The notes under the pieces: model-generated
Told to the model about the DNA's origin: nothing
The model's input: the letters and a program-made list of their open reading frames with translations, nothing else
Databases searched by the model: none
From: the human T2T-CHM13v2.0 reference genome, Homo sapiens
NCBI RefSeq assembly: GCF_009914755.1
Contig: NC_060937.1
Direction: 5' to 3' (one strand)
DNA: 64,000 nt
Shown: piece after piece, positions 50,352-64,000 of the stretch
Layout: every line of letters begins with the position of its first letter
How positions within the stretch are numbered: position 1 is the stretch's first letter
Made by a program: the position numbers and the translations under genes

Positions 50352-53300
50352 CGGTGCCATACTTTTTGGAAATCATGGACACTGAAAAACGTGCCAGTAA
50401 ATGAAAACACACCAGTTGGCGCTTTGGTTTTGATAACATCATTTAGCTTAAAGTGGAAAATTGTTATTTCACACTAGAGGGGATTTCTGATTTTAATTTG
50501 GCCTTCCCAAAAAGGTGAGAAGCTTCATTAAAGATATTCCTCTGTTCATTAATTAATTGATAAGCAGTTGTAATAAAGTGCTTAGAGGAGTGGCTGTCAT
50601 TAGGAATTTCTCTAGAGGCAACATTTCAGGAAGAACAAACTATCAACTAAGGAATATTCTTAACCAGAGTTTAATATGCACAGAGAGTAAGGCCAGAGGT
50701 AGTTTATATTTCTCTGAAGCTATGGGAAATACATTTTTAAAACTCAGAATAATTTGCTATTTAAAACATGATTCCCCTGAATTTTATAAATGGTTTAACA
50801 GCTCACAAAAGATATTGACAACTGTTCTAACAGGCGTATTTGTATTAAATATTTCCTAAATTTTTATTTATAATTTGTAAACCATGAGTTAAGTAGATTT
50901 TTAAAATAGTAATTGGAAATATTATGTCCTCCACTTCATTTTTTGTTTTGGTTTTGCTTTTGATTCTTTCAGCAGTATATTGTAATTGCTTTCCATTGTA
51001 CAATATGTTTATGACCCATTCCTCCACTCTTTTCCCACCCTTATTGCCCACAGAGTTGTGTTTGTTATGGATCTAGTTGTGAGACAGCGTTTTCTCAGGA
51101 TGTCTTTGCATTTTTTAGGATCAGTTGTCCTTGTGCCTGGAACATTTTAATGAGAACACTATGGTATGAGCTGTAGTCAGCTATCACACACACACACAAG
51201 TATGTTATATGACTCAATTCTAGAATGGCAGAGTGAAGAGCATGGCAGACTCTTCCCAACAAACATATATATGTGTATGTACATATATATGTAAAACAAG
51301 CACCTGCAGCCTCTCAAAAGTTGCTTAGAGATATACAGCAATTGGGAGAATATTCATTCAAGGAAATCTACTCTGGTCCATATAAACCGGTTCAGTTTAT
51401 GGAAACTATTCCTGACCCTCTACTTCAGATGGGTGTACTCAAGAAAGAAGGGAAGGCTTCTTCTTTCTTTAACTTCAGAATGGAGTTACAATTTTATCTC
51501 AGGGAGAGCACAGTGCTGGCGTTTTCCATTTCCCCTGGCCCTGCATGACAGAAGCTCTATTCTGGGAAGACATAGCTGAGATGACTAGGGTTATCTTCCT
51601 CTAGCCATTCCTCACTTGTTGGGCATAAGTTCTACTCCAGATGCAGTAGGTCAGAAACAAAGGGCTATAGGAACACTCACACCACAGCTAGTATGTGTAG
51701 TGGAGGTCCCAAGCCAGGAGGAGCAAGCCAAAAAAACGAGGAACTACTCCACCAGGGCCAATTAACAGAGCTTGGCCCCTTCTTCCCGAAGGAGAAGAAG
51801 TCCCCTTCTTCCAAAAGCATTGTTCAAAACCATAAAGATAAAGAGTGCAGTCGATACTGTAGCTACAGATGAAGAGGCAGAGCAATATGAAATTTAACAG
51901 GGAGAAACAGGAAAAGACACAAATAAGAAGAGCAGTCTTGAGATCACAGTCACCCTCTGTGATCAGGAACGTTGTGCATAAATACTAAGCAGTGTTCACT
52001 CAGGAGGAATTGGAACAGGTCATGGGGAATACTTGAAAACTTTCCCCATAATTCATGTAGGTCAATAAATAGAGAGTGGAATCCTCACTGGAACTAGGGG
52101 ATTAAGCACAATCTCTGACCCAACTGGCTGAAAGCAAGCTACTCTGACCCAGGAGTAATTTCTAGGAAGCCAGACTTAAAAATAAAATCACATTAATTCT
52201 TGGATGTCTGAGAGTATATATGCATACTCAAAGCTGCGTCCTCCTGGGAATAATTAGAGAGAGAAAATCTAAAGGCTAGTTCCTGGCTAAACAAAGAAAA
52301 AACATAAACTTGAACTGTCATGGCAGTATGTAAGCCACAAACATGAGCATGTGTGTGCACATACACATACAAACACACATACATCTAATGGTAAGGGAGA
52401 GCAATCGGACTAGCCAACAAAGCTGAAGCACAACTATTAGCAATTCTGTTGACCCAGACGCGATGCCTATGTAGCCATCGGAAAAGATGTAAAATAGTTA
52501 GTTTGGCCAAGTCATTAAATAACTAAATTTCTAGGTAAACATTAGCATCTTGGTTAGGGCATCAGTATCCTGAAATGCTGCAATAAATTGTCCAAAATGT
52601 CTAGTTTTGAACAAAAGTTATGAGACATTCAAAACAACAAGAACAACAATTAAAAAATAAGAAACTTTGACGAAAAGAAAAAATAAAGTCAATAGAAATG
52701 TTTTGAAGTGACCTAGATATTGGAGTTGGCAGATAAAGATTTTAAAGCTGTTATTATATTATTGTAATTTTATAAATATGTTCACATATCTAAAGAACAC
52801 CATGCCCAAATAATTAAGGAAGGTATAGTAACAATGTTTCATCAAAGGGAGAATATCATTAAAATATGGAAATTATGTTTTAAAACCTAATGAAAATTCT
52901 GGAGATAAAAAGTACAATCACCACAGTAAAAATTTCCCTAGAAGGGCTCAACATTGTATTTCAGGTGGGAGAAGAAGAAATCAGCAAGACTTTAAGGTAC
53001 ATCAATTGATATTATGCAGACTGAAAAACAGAGATAAAAACAATGAAAAATAAAAGATCCTTGGAGAAGTATGAAACACCATTAAGCATGCCTACATATA
53101 TTTAACAAGAGTAAGTAAAACAGAAGAAAAAGGAAAAGGTCAAAAATATTTGAAGAAATATTTGCAAAAAAATTGTCAAATGGATGAAAAAAAAACAAAC
53201 TTTTATGCAACCAAGAAACTAAACAAATTCCAAATAGAATAAATACAGAGAGATCACATCTAAACCTATCCAACTCAAAGTGTGAAAAAGCAAGGTAAAA

Positions 53301-54474
53301 CAAAAAATGTTGAAGCAGTCAGAGAGAAACTGTAGCTAAGACCTACAAGTGAACCCCAATAAGATTAACAGCTGACTTCTCATCAGAAACAATGGAGACC
53401 TGAAATCATAAGGACAATATATTCAATGAGATAAAAGTTAAAAAAAAAACACCTGTCAGTTACGCATTCTGTATCCAGCAACTATAACTTTCCAACATGA
53501 AGACAAAATAAAAATGTTTCCAAACCAAAAAAGATGTATATAATGTGTTGCCGGCAGACCTGCTCTGCAAGAAATACTTAAAGGAAATTCTTTAAGCTAA
53601 AAGCAAATAACACCAGATGATCATTCAAGTACACAAAAAAATAACAAATACCAATAAAGAAAATTATATAATTACAAAAGAAAGTATAATTACATATGTC
53701 TTATCCTTTTTATTCTTGTTTAAGAGGCAATTGCATAAGCAATATATATATTTATCTTATTGGGATATGATACATGTAAATGTAACATATTTACCAATAA
53801 AAGCACAAAAAAGTTGGCTTGAGCAAAGCTGTACTGATGTAAGGAAATTACAGCAAAATGTAACTTAAATATATCAGAGGAAATGGAGAGAACCAGAAAT
53901 TGTAATTAAGAAGGTTGATACAACAAACTCTCTAAATATACAGTTGCCCTTTATTTTTTTAGCTTTTTAAAAATACAAATATTATATAAAGTAATAATTA
54001 TAAAAATAGATCATAGGGTTTTTAATATGTATACACATAATATGTGTAATAATAACAGCATAAGTTTGGAGAGAATGATTCTATAAAGGAGTAAAGTTTC
54101 TATATTTCACTTGAATTATGTTAGTAGAAATCTGTAAGTTTTTGATAAGTTGAGATTATATTGTAAGCTCTAGGAATAATTTAAATAATTAATAAAATAA
54201 TTTAAAATTGTAACTAAAAAGCATGAAGATAATTAAAATGTTGCTCCAGAAAATACACATTTAATACAAATAAGTCACTAAAGGAAGAACAAAGGTAGAA
54301 AAATAGATGAAGATATATATTAGGCAAAAAAGAAATGGAAGATATGAATCAAATCATATTAATAATAACATTAAATGTGAATTGATAAAATAATCCATTC
54401 AAAGGCAGATATTTTTACATTAGATTTAAAAATAAAACATGTTCCCACTATACTCTAGCGGAGAAAACATACTT

Positions 54475-54632
54475 TATTTATTTTTCCTTATTTATTTATT
54501 TATTTATTTATTTTTAAAGATGGCATTTTGCTGTGTTGCCCTTGATGGTCTTCAACTCCTGGGCTCAAGTTATACTACCACCATGCCCCCACCAAGTGCT
54601 GGAATTACAGGCATGAGCCACCACAGCTAGCC
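54475..54632 (-). mobile_element. FLAM/AluJ monomer within the L1M
   Basis: (TTTA)n tail; aactcctgggctcaagt...gctggaattacaggcatgagccacc. Confidence 0.85.
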
Positions 54633-56107
54633 AGAAGATGCACTTTAGATTAAAAAAAAATAATAAGTTGAAAAGAAAAAGCTAGAAGTGTGAAAACAAC
54701 CACCACGATAGTAAAGCCGGACTGGCTATACTAAAATTAGATGAGGTTAAAACAAACAAGTGTTATTAAAGTTAAAGAGGGGCATTTCATGGTGACAAAA
54801 AGTCAATGTATTAAAGAGATGTAATAATTATAAACCTACAGGCAACTGACAATATAGCCCTAAAATACAAGAAACAAAAGCTGACAAAACTGAGAGAGGG
54901 AATTTAAAATTAGTATTTGGAGATTTTAATAATCTACTTAAACAACTAATGTAATAGCTTTTCAGAAGCTCAAAAATAAAACACAATATTTGCACAGCAC
55001 TATCAACCATCTACACCTGATAAAAATCCATAGAACACTCCACCAAAAATCAGAAAAATACATTCTTCTCAAAACCTTTTGGAATATTTTCAGAATAGAC
55101 CATATGCTAGTACAATAGGTTAAAGAGATGGAAAAAGTACAACATATGTCCTTGGACCACAGTGGAATTAAATTAAAAATAAGAACAAAAAGAAATTTAA
55201 GAATTTCACAAATGCGCAAAAATTAAGCAACATAAATAACCAATAGGTTAAAAAAATCACAATGAAAGATAGAAAATACTTTGTGATTAATGAAAATTAA
55301 AATACAACAAAGTAAAACTTATCAGATACAGCTAAAACAGAGCTCATTTATAGCTATAAATTCTATAAAGAAGAGTTAAAATTTGAAAGCAAATTTAACC
55401 TTCCACCTTGAGAAACTAGGAAAACAAAGGCAAACTAAGTATATACAGAAAACAGAAGAAACAATAATGATTACAGCATAAATAAATTAAATGATAAACG
55501 TATAAACCATAAAGAAAATCTAAGATTGCCCAAAATCTGGTATTTAAAAAGTACAACAAATTAACAGGTCTTCATCTACATTAACCATACAATTTAAAAA
55601 GAGAAGATGTAAATTACCAAAATCAGAAAAGAAAGAGAGCAATGCTACCAAACTTACGGAAGTATAAACAACAATTAGGAAATACTGTGAAACTCTATGC
55701 CAGGACACCACATAACTTAGAAGAAACGAACGAAGTCCTAGAAAGACACAAACTACCAAAAGTAACTTAAGAAATAGAAAATATAAACTGGCTTATAACA
55801 AATAAAGAGATTAAATCTATAATTTTAAAATATCCCCCTCCCCCCTGCCACCCCGACACACACACACACACAAACTCAGGCCATGATGGCTTCACTGGTG
55901 AATTATACCACATATTAAAAGAATCATGACTAATATTGAAAAATAACTGTCTATACCCTAGCAATGAAGAATTCAAAATATAAATTTAAAAATGTATTCA
56001 ACTTATAATACCATTTAAAAAATGAAATACTTAAGAGTAAATTTAAATGCAAAACTTGGTTACTGAAAACTACAAAAGATTGTTGACAGAAATTAAAAGA
56101 AGATTTA

Positions 56108-56585
<478 letters not shown>

Positions 56586-56847
56586 AAATAAGTGGAAAGA
56601 CAGCCTATGGTACATGCTATGGTACACAGACTTACTTATTTGCACTTTACTTGGTTTCAATGATGCAATTTAATGGGTTCAGAATAAGCTTTTCTATTAC
56701 TATATCTTTTCATTAAGATCTCAAAATCATGCTACTACCGTTTATATGGCTAGATAGATTCGGGGAGGGCACTTTTTTAGCTGTCCTACAACCTAATGTA
56801 GGATGCAAGATGTGAGAAACTCGCAAGCCAGACTCGTACATTTAGTC

Positions 56848-57090
56848 CGAGGTTTTTCAACATTGGCATTACTGACATTTTAGACAATTAATTTTTATGA
56901 GGGAACTATTTTGTACATTGTAGAAAGTTTGGCAGCCCCCCTGGATACTAGTCAAGCTCCCTATTCCCCACTCCCGACTTTCTCAGTGCTCACACTTACA
57001 GCCCTGTCATGACGATGAAAAATGTCTTTAGACACTGCCAAATGTCTCCTGGAGGAGGCGGGGTAAATCACTCCCATGTGAGAATAACTG
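56848..57090 (+). mobile_element. MER20 (hAT-Charlie DNA transposon)
   Basis: ggtttttcaacattggcattactgacatttt...aaaaatgtctttagacactgccaaatgtctcctgg...tgagaataactg. Confidence 0.85.
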
Positions 57091-57511
57091 ATTTAGGCAA
57101 TGACGTAAGAAGCCTCTGAATTCATTTTGCTTTTACTATAATCTGGGCAGCCCCTTCCTATATTTCTAGCCTACACATTTTCTATGGGTCTGCCAGTGCA
57201 AAGCAAAACACTACCTTGCCATTTACCTTGTATTTGACTTTTCTGCAGTGATCTCCATCTCCTCTCAGTTCCTAAGGAAACCATTAGCCCCCACATCCCA
57301 AAAAAGTCATTAATTGATGAATCATTTTATATTATTTTCTATTAACTTATATTTGTTGTCTTTTTTTCCTACTAAGACTATATGTACTTGCTACTAGGAA
57401 ATATGTCATATATTTTATTTTCTATGTGTGATTAACGAAGTTGAAATGCTCACTTAATAAATGGTTGGATGTTCCAAACATTATACACACACACACACAC
57501 TCACACATGCA

Positions 57512-57692
57512 TGACATTTCTGAACAGGGATTGCTTCTCCCTTTGTGAGTCTATGAGTTTGTATGTATGAGAGCAAGATGTATATTACTGGGCATTTTAA
57601 CTAATATTAAGTCTGATTTGTCAAGTGGTTTAACTATTTCTTTTTCATAAGTGAAGCATCATTGAAAAAGATATATTAACTCTTTTAAGAGG
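57512..57692 (+). repeat. Dispersed direct repeat B, copy 1 (~180 bp)
   Basis: Aligns with 61178-61355. Hand count: about 14 substitutions and 2 indels. Confidence 0.9.
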
Positions 57693-59434
57693 CACATACA
57701 TATAAATGCTACATATGTGTATAAAACTAAGCCAAGATCTTGGTAAACAAACTATAAAAAGTCACCTGTCAATATTCTGTGATTATACAGCTTCTGGTGT
57801 GCAGTATGGCACAAATACACATTTGGTGACTGAAACATAAGAAGCAACATTGTACCTACATAGGTTGTCTTTAAAATTGTATCATTTTCTGGCAATAGAT
57901 ATTTTCACTTTACTCTAAACGTGCAACCTGCTAACAAATTCTCTCCTGACCTCAGCGTTTCTAAACAGAAATAGCTTTTTGACTTACGATAGCAGAAATA
58001 ATGCAGGTGTAGAAGGGGTTGTATAAAGAAGTATACTCAGTAAAATTAAGGCGGATCTAGGCCCTTTTGTATATATTCTACTACATGAAATGAAGTTAGT
58101 AATTCTGAGATTATGGCACTCATTGGACTTTTTAAAGTTATGAAACACTTCAAAGGTTAAACCATGTTATTAAATGGTTTTAGGAGTTCATAAATTAGTC
58201 ACTATAGATTTTTTAACAAAGGCACTTTAAGATAAAGCAGAATGATTTGGAACTGTATTGATTGATTCCATTAAAAGTGCCAATATATATCCTCATTTCA
58301 CTTTTCCTTTAGAAATACAATCAAGAAAATGTTGGTACTACTGGTTATAATTTTTAATACTAAATTAGAGTATTTAAGTGTATTCTAATTGATTTTTTTC
58401 TACCAAGCAAAAAAGTCACTAAAAATACATTTGAAAAGAAATGTTTCTGCCCTAATGTATCTCAGATGGTAGAATGATTTGGAGAAAAATAGCTCTTGGT
58501 GAAACATATAAAAACATCAGTGGGTGGAGAAGTGAGAAATGTTTCATGAATGATTCTTGAGTTGTCAAATATTAAAATAAAATGCATCTTCTATTTTGAT
58601 TTCTGAATTTAAAAGAGGTTCCAAGTAAAGCTCTAGTTAATCTATTGTGTCATCTAATTGTGAAAATTACCTAAAATAATATATTTCACGATGGAGAAAA
58701 TCTCCAGATTTCAAGGTTTCTGAGCCAACTGTGAGGTTGACTCCAACCTAGACGGAGAAGTGAACATGGGACCTGATGAAAAGAGAGAGGAAGTTTAGTT
58801 GTTGTTTCTTTATTTTATTTATTTTATGAGTCAAATTGTATTTGAGTAAGAAGTACAGCATGTCAAAATCTGAAGGAACAGAAGAGAAGAAAAATGAAAA
58901 AATAAACATTGTGTCAAAGCAGGATGAAATAATAAAGCAATCTTGGCTCTGCATTGCTCTTTTTAACATGTAACTGTGAATGGTAAGTATACGTATTAGA
59001 GTGACTCTTTGATCTAATATTCATTCAGTATGTGTGTATTGTGAAGAAGTCGGTTAGACATTAGTGACATTTGCATAGCTAACAGTCAGTGACCAGCCAG
59101 TACAGGGACATGTGAAAACTTGGACAATGCCCACTTGGTGTCCTTATATTCAGGGAAATAAACAGCAATCTTAAAGCCCACATAATGCCAACCTGTACAG
59201 ACACACTTGGCTACCTGCCCTATCAATAATCTCCTTTGAGAATCTAGGGCCATTTACTTTGCATATGTAAGCTAAATGTGCCTGCTGGAACTCTGTTAAC
59301 ATTATGTTCTTAGGCAGAAGGAACTTTGTTGAGTCTGAGGTCACTCAAACCCTGGCTTACTAGCCAGTAAGTCTTGTTTTATATTCTGCCTCAACGAGAA
59401 CAACCAAGTTCTTGTTTTTTTTTCTTAACTATTG

Positions 59435-59680
59435 ATTATTTATTTATTTTGTTTTATTTTTTTAATTTTTTTATTATTATACTTTAAGTTCTAGGGTACA
59501 TGTGCATAACATGCAGCTTGGTTACATATATATACATGTGCCATGTTGGTGTGCTGCACCCATTAACTCGTCATTTAGCATTAGGTATATCTCCTAATGC
59601 TATCCCTCCTCCCTCCCCCCACCCCCAACAGTCCCTGGTGTGTGATGTTCCCCTTCCTGTGTCCAAGTGTTCTCATTGTT
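59435..59680 (-). mobile_element. Heavily 5'-truncated young L1PA 3' end (about L1PA3-5)
   Basis: ttattatactttaagttctagggtacatgtgca...cccattaactcgtcatttagcattaggtatatctcctaatgctatccctcc...gtgttctcattgtt. Confidence 0.95.
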
Positions 59681-61177
59681 GATTTACTTTCCTATGACAA
59701 ATCTCCATTATTACCCTTTCTACTTACAATATACAGTGCTGTGTATCTGTATAAACTACCAAGTTCAACTGTATAGTATCTTCCCCAACTGATGATGCCT
59801 GGATAGTCTTTTTCAGTTTAAACAGCATTATGTCTCAACATAGGAGCTACCTTTACAGAAAAAAACTATATGAAGAAGGTACAGAAAAAATTAGAACATA
59901 TGCCAGACTGATTTGTATAGGTATAAAAAGGAGAAAATATGAGAAGCTTAGCAGAAGTGGCTAGAGTAGGTGACACTGCATGATAAGTGTATGGCATGAC
60001 CTCACCTTTTCTTGATGTATATTGGCAAAGAATTGGATACTCATTTCCTTTAAATAAAATGATAAACCCTGAGATAAACACATTTCTTTGGATATTTTGT
60101 ACAGCTTTCCTCTTACTGAATCTCACTACCTATAAAGTCATTTCAGAAGTGCTGTATGTGTGACCTCTTTTTGAAAGAAAGTAGACATTGTTTTAATAAA
60201 AAAGTACTTTTTTTTCCTTTGACTCTAACTTTTATTTGCATAGTTTAAAGTGCTTTACTGACAAAAAATCACTGCATTTACCCAGCCATAGAAATGGTGA
60301 TAGCAGGGAATTTAGATTCTGATAAAATGAAATAACAATATAAAGGTTTATTCTGAATTCATTAATTTGTATCACTAAAGTACAGTGAACTACCAATAAA
60401 ACACATGTGCTGCAATATACACAGTAAGGGCAGGTATGAAACATATTCTAAGAGATTATGTGACTATTCATCATGGGAAATGTGTCTACCTACAGATCAT
60501 CTGTGCACAAACTTATACGCATGTACATGCACATTATTTGAACAAATAAATCTCTGCTTTTTTGTCTTTCCCCCTGGAGCTCTGGCTATCTTTCCATTTT
60601 GCTGTTCAGATTAAAATACTATCAAAACGAGACATGATTCTCCATCATTTGTTTTATTATGGTAACATTTACCTTCATTTGAACAGTCACTGGCCACAAA
60701 TCTTCATATGTTATGTTATAGTACTGACTTTCTGATATATAACAATGTATAGAATTCTCAATAGAATGCACATAATTCAGAATTATGTAACTGAATGACC
60801 ATTAGAACTGAAAAAGGTTTACTGAAAAGAAATCAAAGAAAAAATCAGTATATACCATTTCTAAATTGCTAACATTAAACCTTAGTGTGTTCATGAACAA
60901 ACTTAATTCCATTTTCTGACAAATAAACCAAAGCAAAATGCAATGATTTTCATCTCTTTAGCAGTATTATAGCACAAAAATGCCATTCTCTGAAATTCAT
61001 ATCCATCAGACTAAAATGACTGAATTTACATCAGCTATTTGATGGAATAAAATAAATTGTTTTAATAGGACATACCCAGTGGATCAATGTTTCCTGCTTT
61101 GAAAATGAATATCTTAGTTTTCCCTAGGCATTTGTGGGAACAAGAGATCATTATTCTATGACATTGTTTCATTCCAC

Positions 61178-61355
61178 TGACATTTCTGAACAGAGAATGC
61201 TTCTTCGTTTGTGAGTCTATGAGTTTGTATGAAAACAAGATGTGTATCACTGGGGCATTTTAACTAATATTAAGTCTGATTTGTCAAGTGTTTTAACTAT
61301 TTATTTTTCATAAACGAAGCATCATTGAAAAAGGTATATTAACTCTTTTAAAAGG
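61178..61355 (+). repeat. Dispersed direct repeat B, copy 2
   Basis: tgacatttctgaacag...tatattaactctttta, about 3.67 kb downstream of copy 1. Confidence 0.9.
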
Positions 61356-62881
61356 AAAGGATACTCTTATTGACTAAATGACTGAATTGATTCATTAAAT
61401 AGTGCCTTAACCGCCTAAAATAGCAAATGCAACTTCAAAAGGTGTCAAACTTGCAACATGGAACATCTCTGGCACTAAAATAATCAATATAACCATTCCA
61501 TTTTCCATTTTGTGAAGAATTTTATGGCTATTTAGTAGAGTTTTTTCCCTTGTTTTTATTTTTTTTCCTTTCCAGCATATTCTATAGGCTTAAATGATAC
61601 AGCATGCAGAGAAAAAAATTAACTGCTGTATTTACAGTTCAGATTAAAGTGAAACAGAGCAGACTACGATAATGAATGTTTGAAAAATCTCAGAAATTCA
61701 CTATTACGTAGAAATTATGGTGGCCTGGGGGAATTAGAATTTTGATGGTTTTTGTTTGGGTTTTAGTTCTTCAGCAATGACTTAGTGCTGAGTTTAAGCA
61801 AACAAGCGTTCTATGTAATACTTTAGAAACATTTTTAAGGACTTCAGAGACCATAGCTGTAAGCACTTTAGTAGATAATATACATAGACACAAGAAAATG
61901 TGATTATCATACATTTTAAATATACATAATTTATTCATTTAACAAATTGTTTTAGCCAACATGGACATTTACACCAAATGTTAGGAATACAGAATTATTA
62001 TAAGCCCTTGAAGTCTTCAGTTTAAACCCCACTGTCTCCACATGTATATACAAACAAGTACCTATATTTGCTTATGGCTTCTCTGAAACTTATTTTCAAA
62101 ATGAAAATAAATGAATAATATATGAATTACCTTATCATCCCATCAACAAAATGATCAATCCGATTTATTACCTATGTCTTCTGTTTCTTTCCCCTATAAT
62201 GATAGCTCAAGCTTTCTTTCTTACAATGACAAATCTTCCATTTATTTGAAAGGTCTTGTCTCTTCTTGTCAGCACAGAAAGTTTTGACTTCTTTCACTAA
62301 ATTATGAAAAAATTGAGTTTTACCTTCTTTAAATTACTACTGTTTGAAGCCTCTGTGAAAAGAAGCTGACCTGAATATTTGCTAATACACTGAAACTTCT
62401 GATTCACCAGGTCTGGAATTGATCTATCTAATGTTGCACTTTGTGTATCTTTGGTTAAAGAAGCAATTCAATGAGGACCAACCCTCATAAGGCACAACCA
62501 GCAGTGTAAGAACCTCTTCTACAAGAAGACTAGAGACTTCTTTTAAAATAGAGGTGCTACAGAGAGAGTCCTTAAAGTCTCTCTGCATAGTAGTTATAAG
62601 TAATCTCTAAATTCTTTACTTTCTCTAGTCATAAATCTGAATACAGATAATCAGGTTTTTCTTTTATTATCCAGTTAATGTCTATTAAAATAAGACTCTA
62701 TCTATAAAATATGCAAACAAATGATTACCAGAAGAAACAACTCATACCTAGAAACCTTGTAAACACTTTGTGGATTGTTTGATTCTTCTTCCCTCCTTAT
62801 TAGTGAAGAAGATAAAGACCTTAATTTTATCCTTGTGTCCACTCCCAATCAACCAAATTTGACCAAAATATTCTTGGTCTA

Positions 62882-63156
62882 AAATTTTCTGGGAAGATAA
62901 TTTAGTCCAATCTACTCATTATATAATATTTATTAAATATACTATATGATAATAAATATATAAATAATAAATATATAATAAGTAGATTAGACTAGATGAT
63001 CTTCCAATCTACTCATTATATAATATTTATTAACTATATGATAATAAATATATAAATATTATGTAATATATAAATAATTATATAATGAGTAGATTGGACT
63101 AGTATATTTATTTATATAATGAGTAGATTGAACTAGATGAAGTACCCAGAAAATTT
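62882..63156. repeat. Nested palindromic AT-rich array
   Basis: Motif tagtccaatctactcattatataat occurs in 2 forward and 3 reverse-complement copies. Outer inverted repeat aaattttctggg/cccagaaaattt. Confidence 0.9.
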
Positions 63157-63464
63157 ATTTCCATTCCCAAATCCTATGATTTGTGAGAGTTAATATATTA
63201 GCTAGTGAAAATAATAAAATCCCCATACTAGCAAGGGATTTTACTAGAATTAAAGTTTCCATTTAGACATGTGAGCACTTTGGATACAGCAGTATTAAAT
63301 AGACTGGGTACCTTTTGCCAATAATTTCCAATAGTAAGACTATCTCCAATTAGTGCTTTAAAGTTTAGACCAGTGTTGTTTTTCCAATATGTTTCCATTT
63401 TGTAGTTACCAAAGTATGGTAAAAAGACCCAGGTTTAAGTTTTGTAATTATGTTATTTTTCACT

Positions 63465-64000
63465 ATACTAAGAACACTTTACATGAGGTCTATACTCTAA
63501 ATAAAAACTTCCATGCATAATACAGTATTGTTAACTATAGGCACAATGTTGTGCAGCAGATCTCTAGGACTTACTAATTTTGTTTAACCAAATTTATACC
63601 CATTAAACAGCAACTGCTCAATTACCCCTTCCCCAGCCCCCGGGAACCACCACCTTCTCTTGGTTTCTACGAGTTTGAGTATTTAAGACACCACATGTAA
63701 GTGTAATCATGCATCATTAGTCCTTCTGTGACTAATGTATTTCACTTAGCATAATATACACCAGGTTCGTCTACATTATTGCATATGACAAGATTTCTTT
63801 TTTCAAAGGTAGAATAATATTTTATTGTATGAATATATCACATTTTAAAAATTCACTCATTTGCTGAAGACTGTTAGATTGCTTCATATCTTGGTTATTG
63901 TGAATAATATTGTAATGTGTATGGGAGTGAAAATGTCTCTTTGAGATCCTGATTTCAGTTATTTTGAATATATACCCAGAAGTGGGATTGCTGAATATGC
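63465..64000 (-). mobile_element. L1MA/L1MB 3' region, continuing beyond the window
   Basis: aatacagtattgttaactataggcacaatgttgtgcagcagatctctag; atttcacttagcataat; gaatatatacccagaagtgggattgctg. Confidence 0.85.

Noticed and set aside
50214-50477. ORFs rich in Y/I/H/T/V/C
   Set aside because: Translations of dinucleotide microsatellites.
63214-63243. Small inverted repeat taaaatccc...gggatttta
   Set aside because: A 9-bp stem is expected by chance at this AT content.

Overview
This is AT-rich, non-coding primate (human-like) nuclear DNA, either intergenic or deep intronic. I can support no protein-coding gene, tRNA, rRNA or CRISPR array. The ORF track is explained by Alu/L1 translations, microsatellites and chance ORFs. 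The window holds about 14 Alu/FLAM elements, several L1 fragments (L1PA, L1PB, L1M), solo LTRs (MaLR and ERV1-like), hAT DNA transposon remnants (Charlie1-like, MER20) and MIR/L2 remnants. I found no new multi-gene system. The best non-standard signals are structural: two short non-tandem duplications of apparently unique DNA (239 bp with 1 mismatch; about 180 bp at about 92% identity), a 275-bp nested palindromic AT-rich array, tandem micro-duplications, perfect hairpins, a U2 snRNA fragment next to a degenerate 36-bp repeat, and a few abnormal Alus. Repeat subfamily names come from my recall of consensus sequences, not from a RepeatMasker run.
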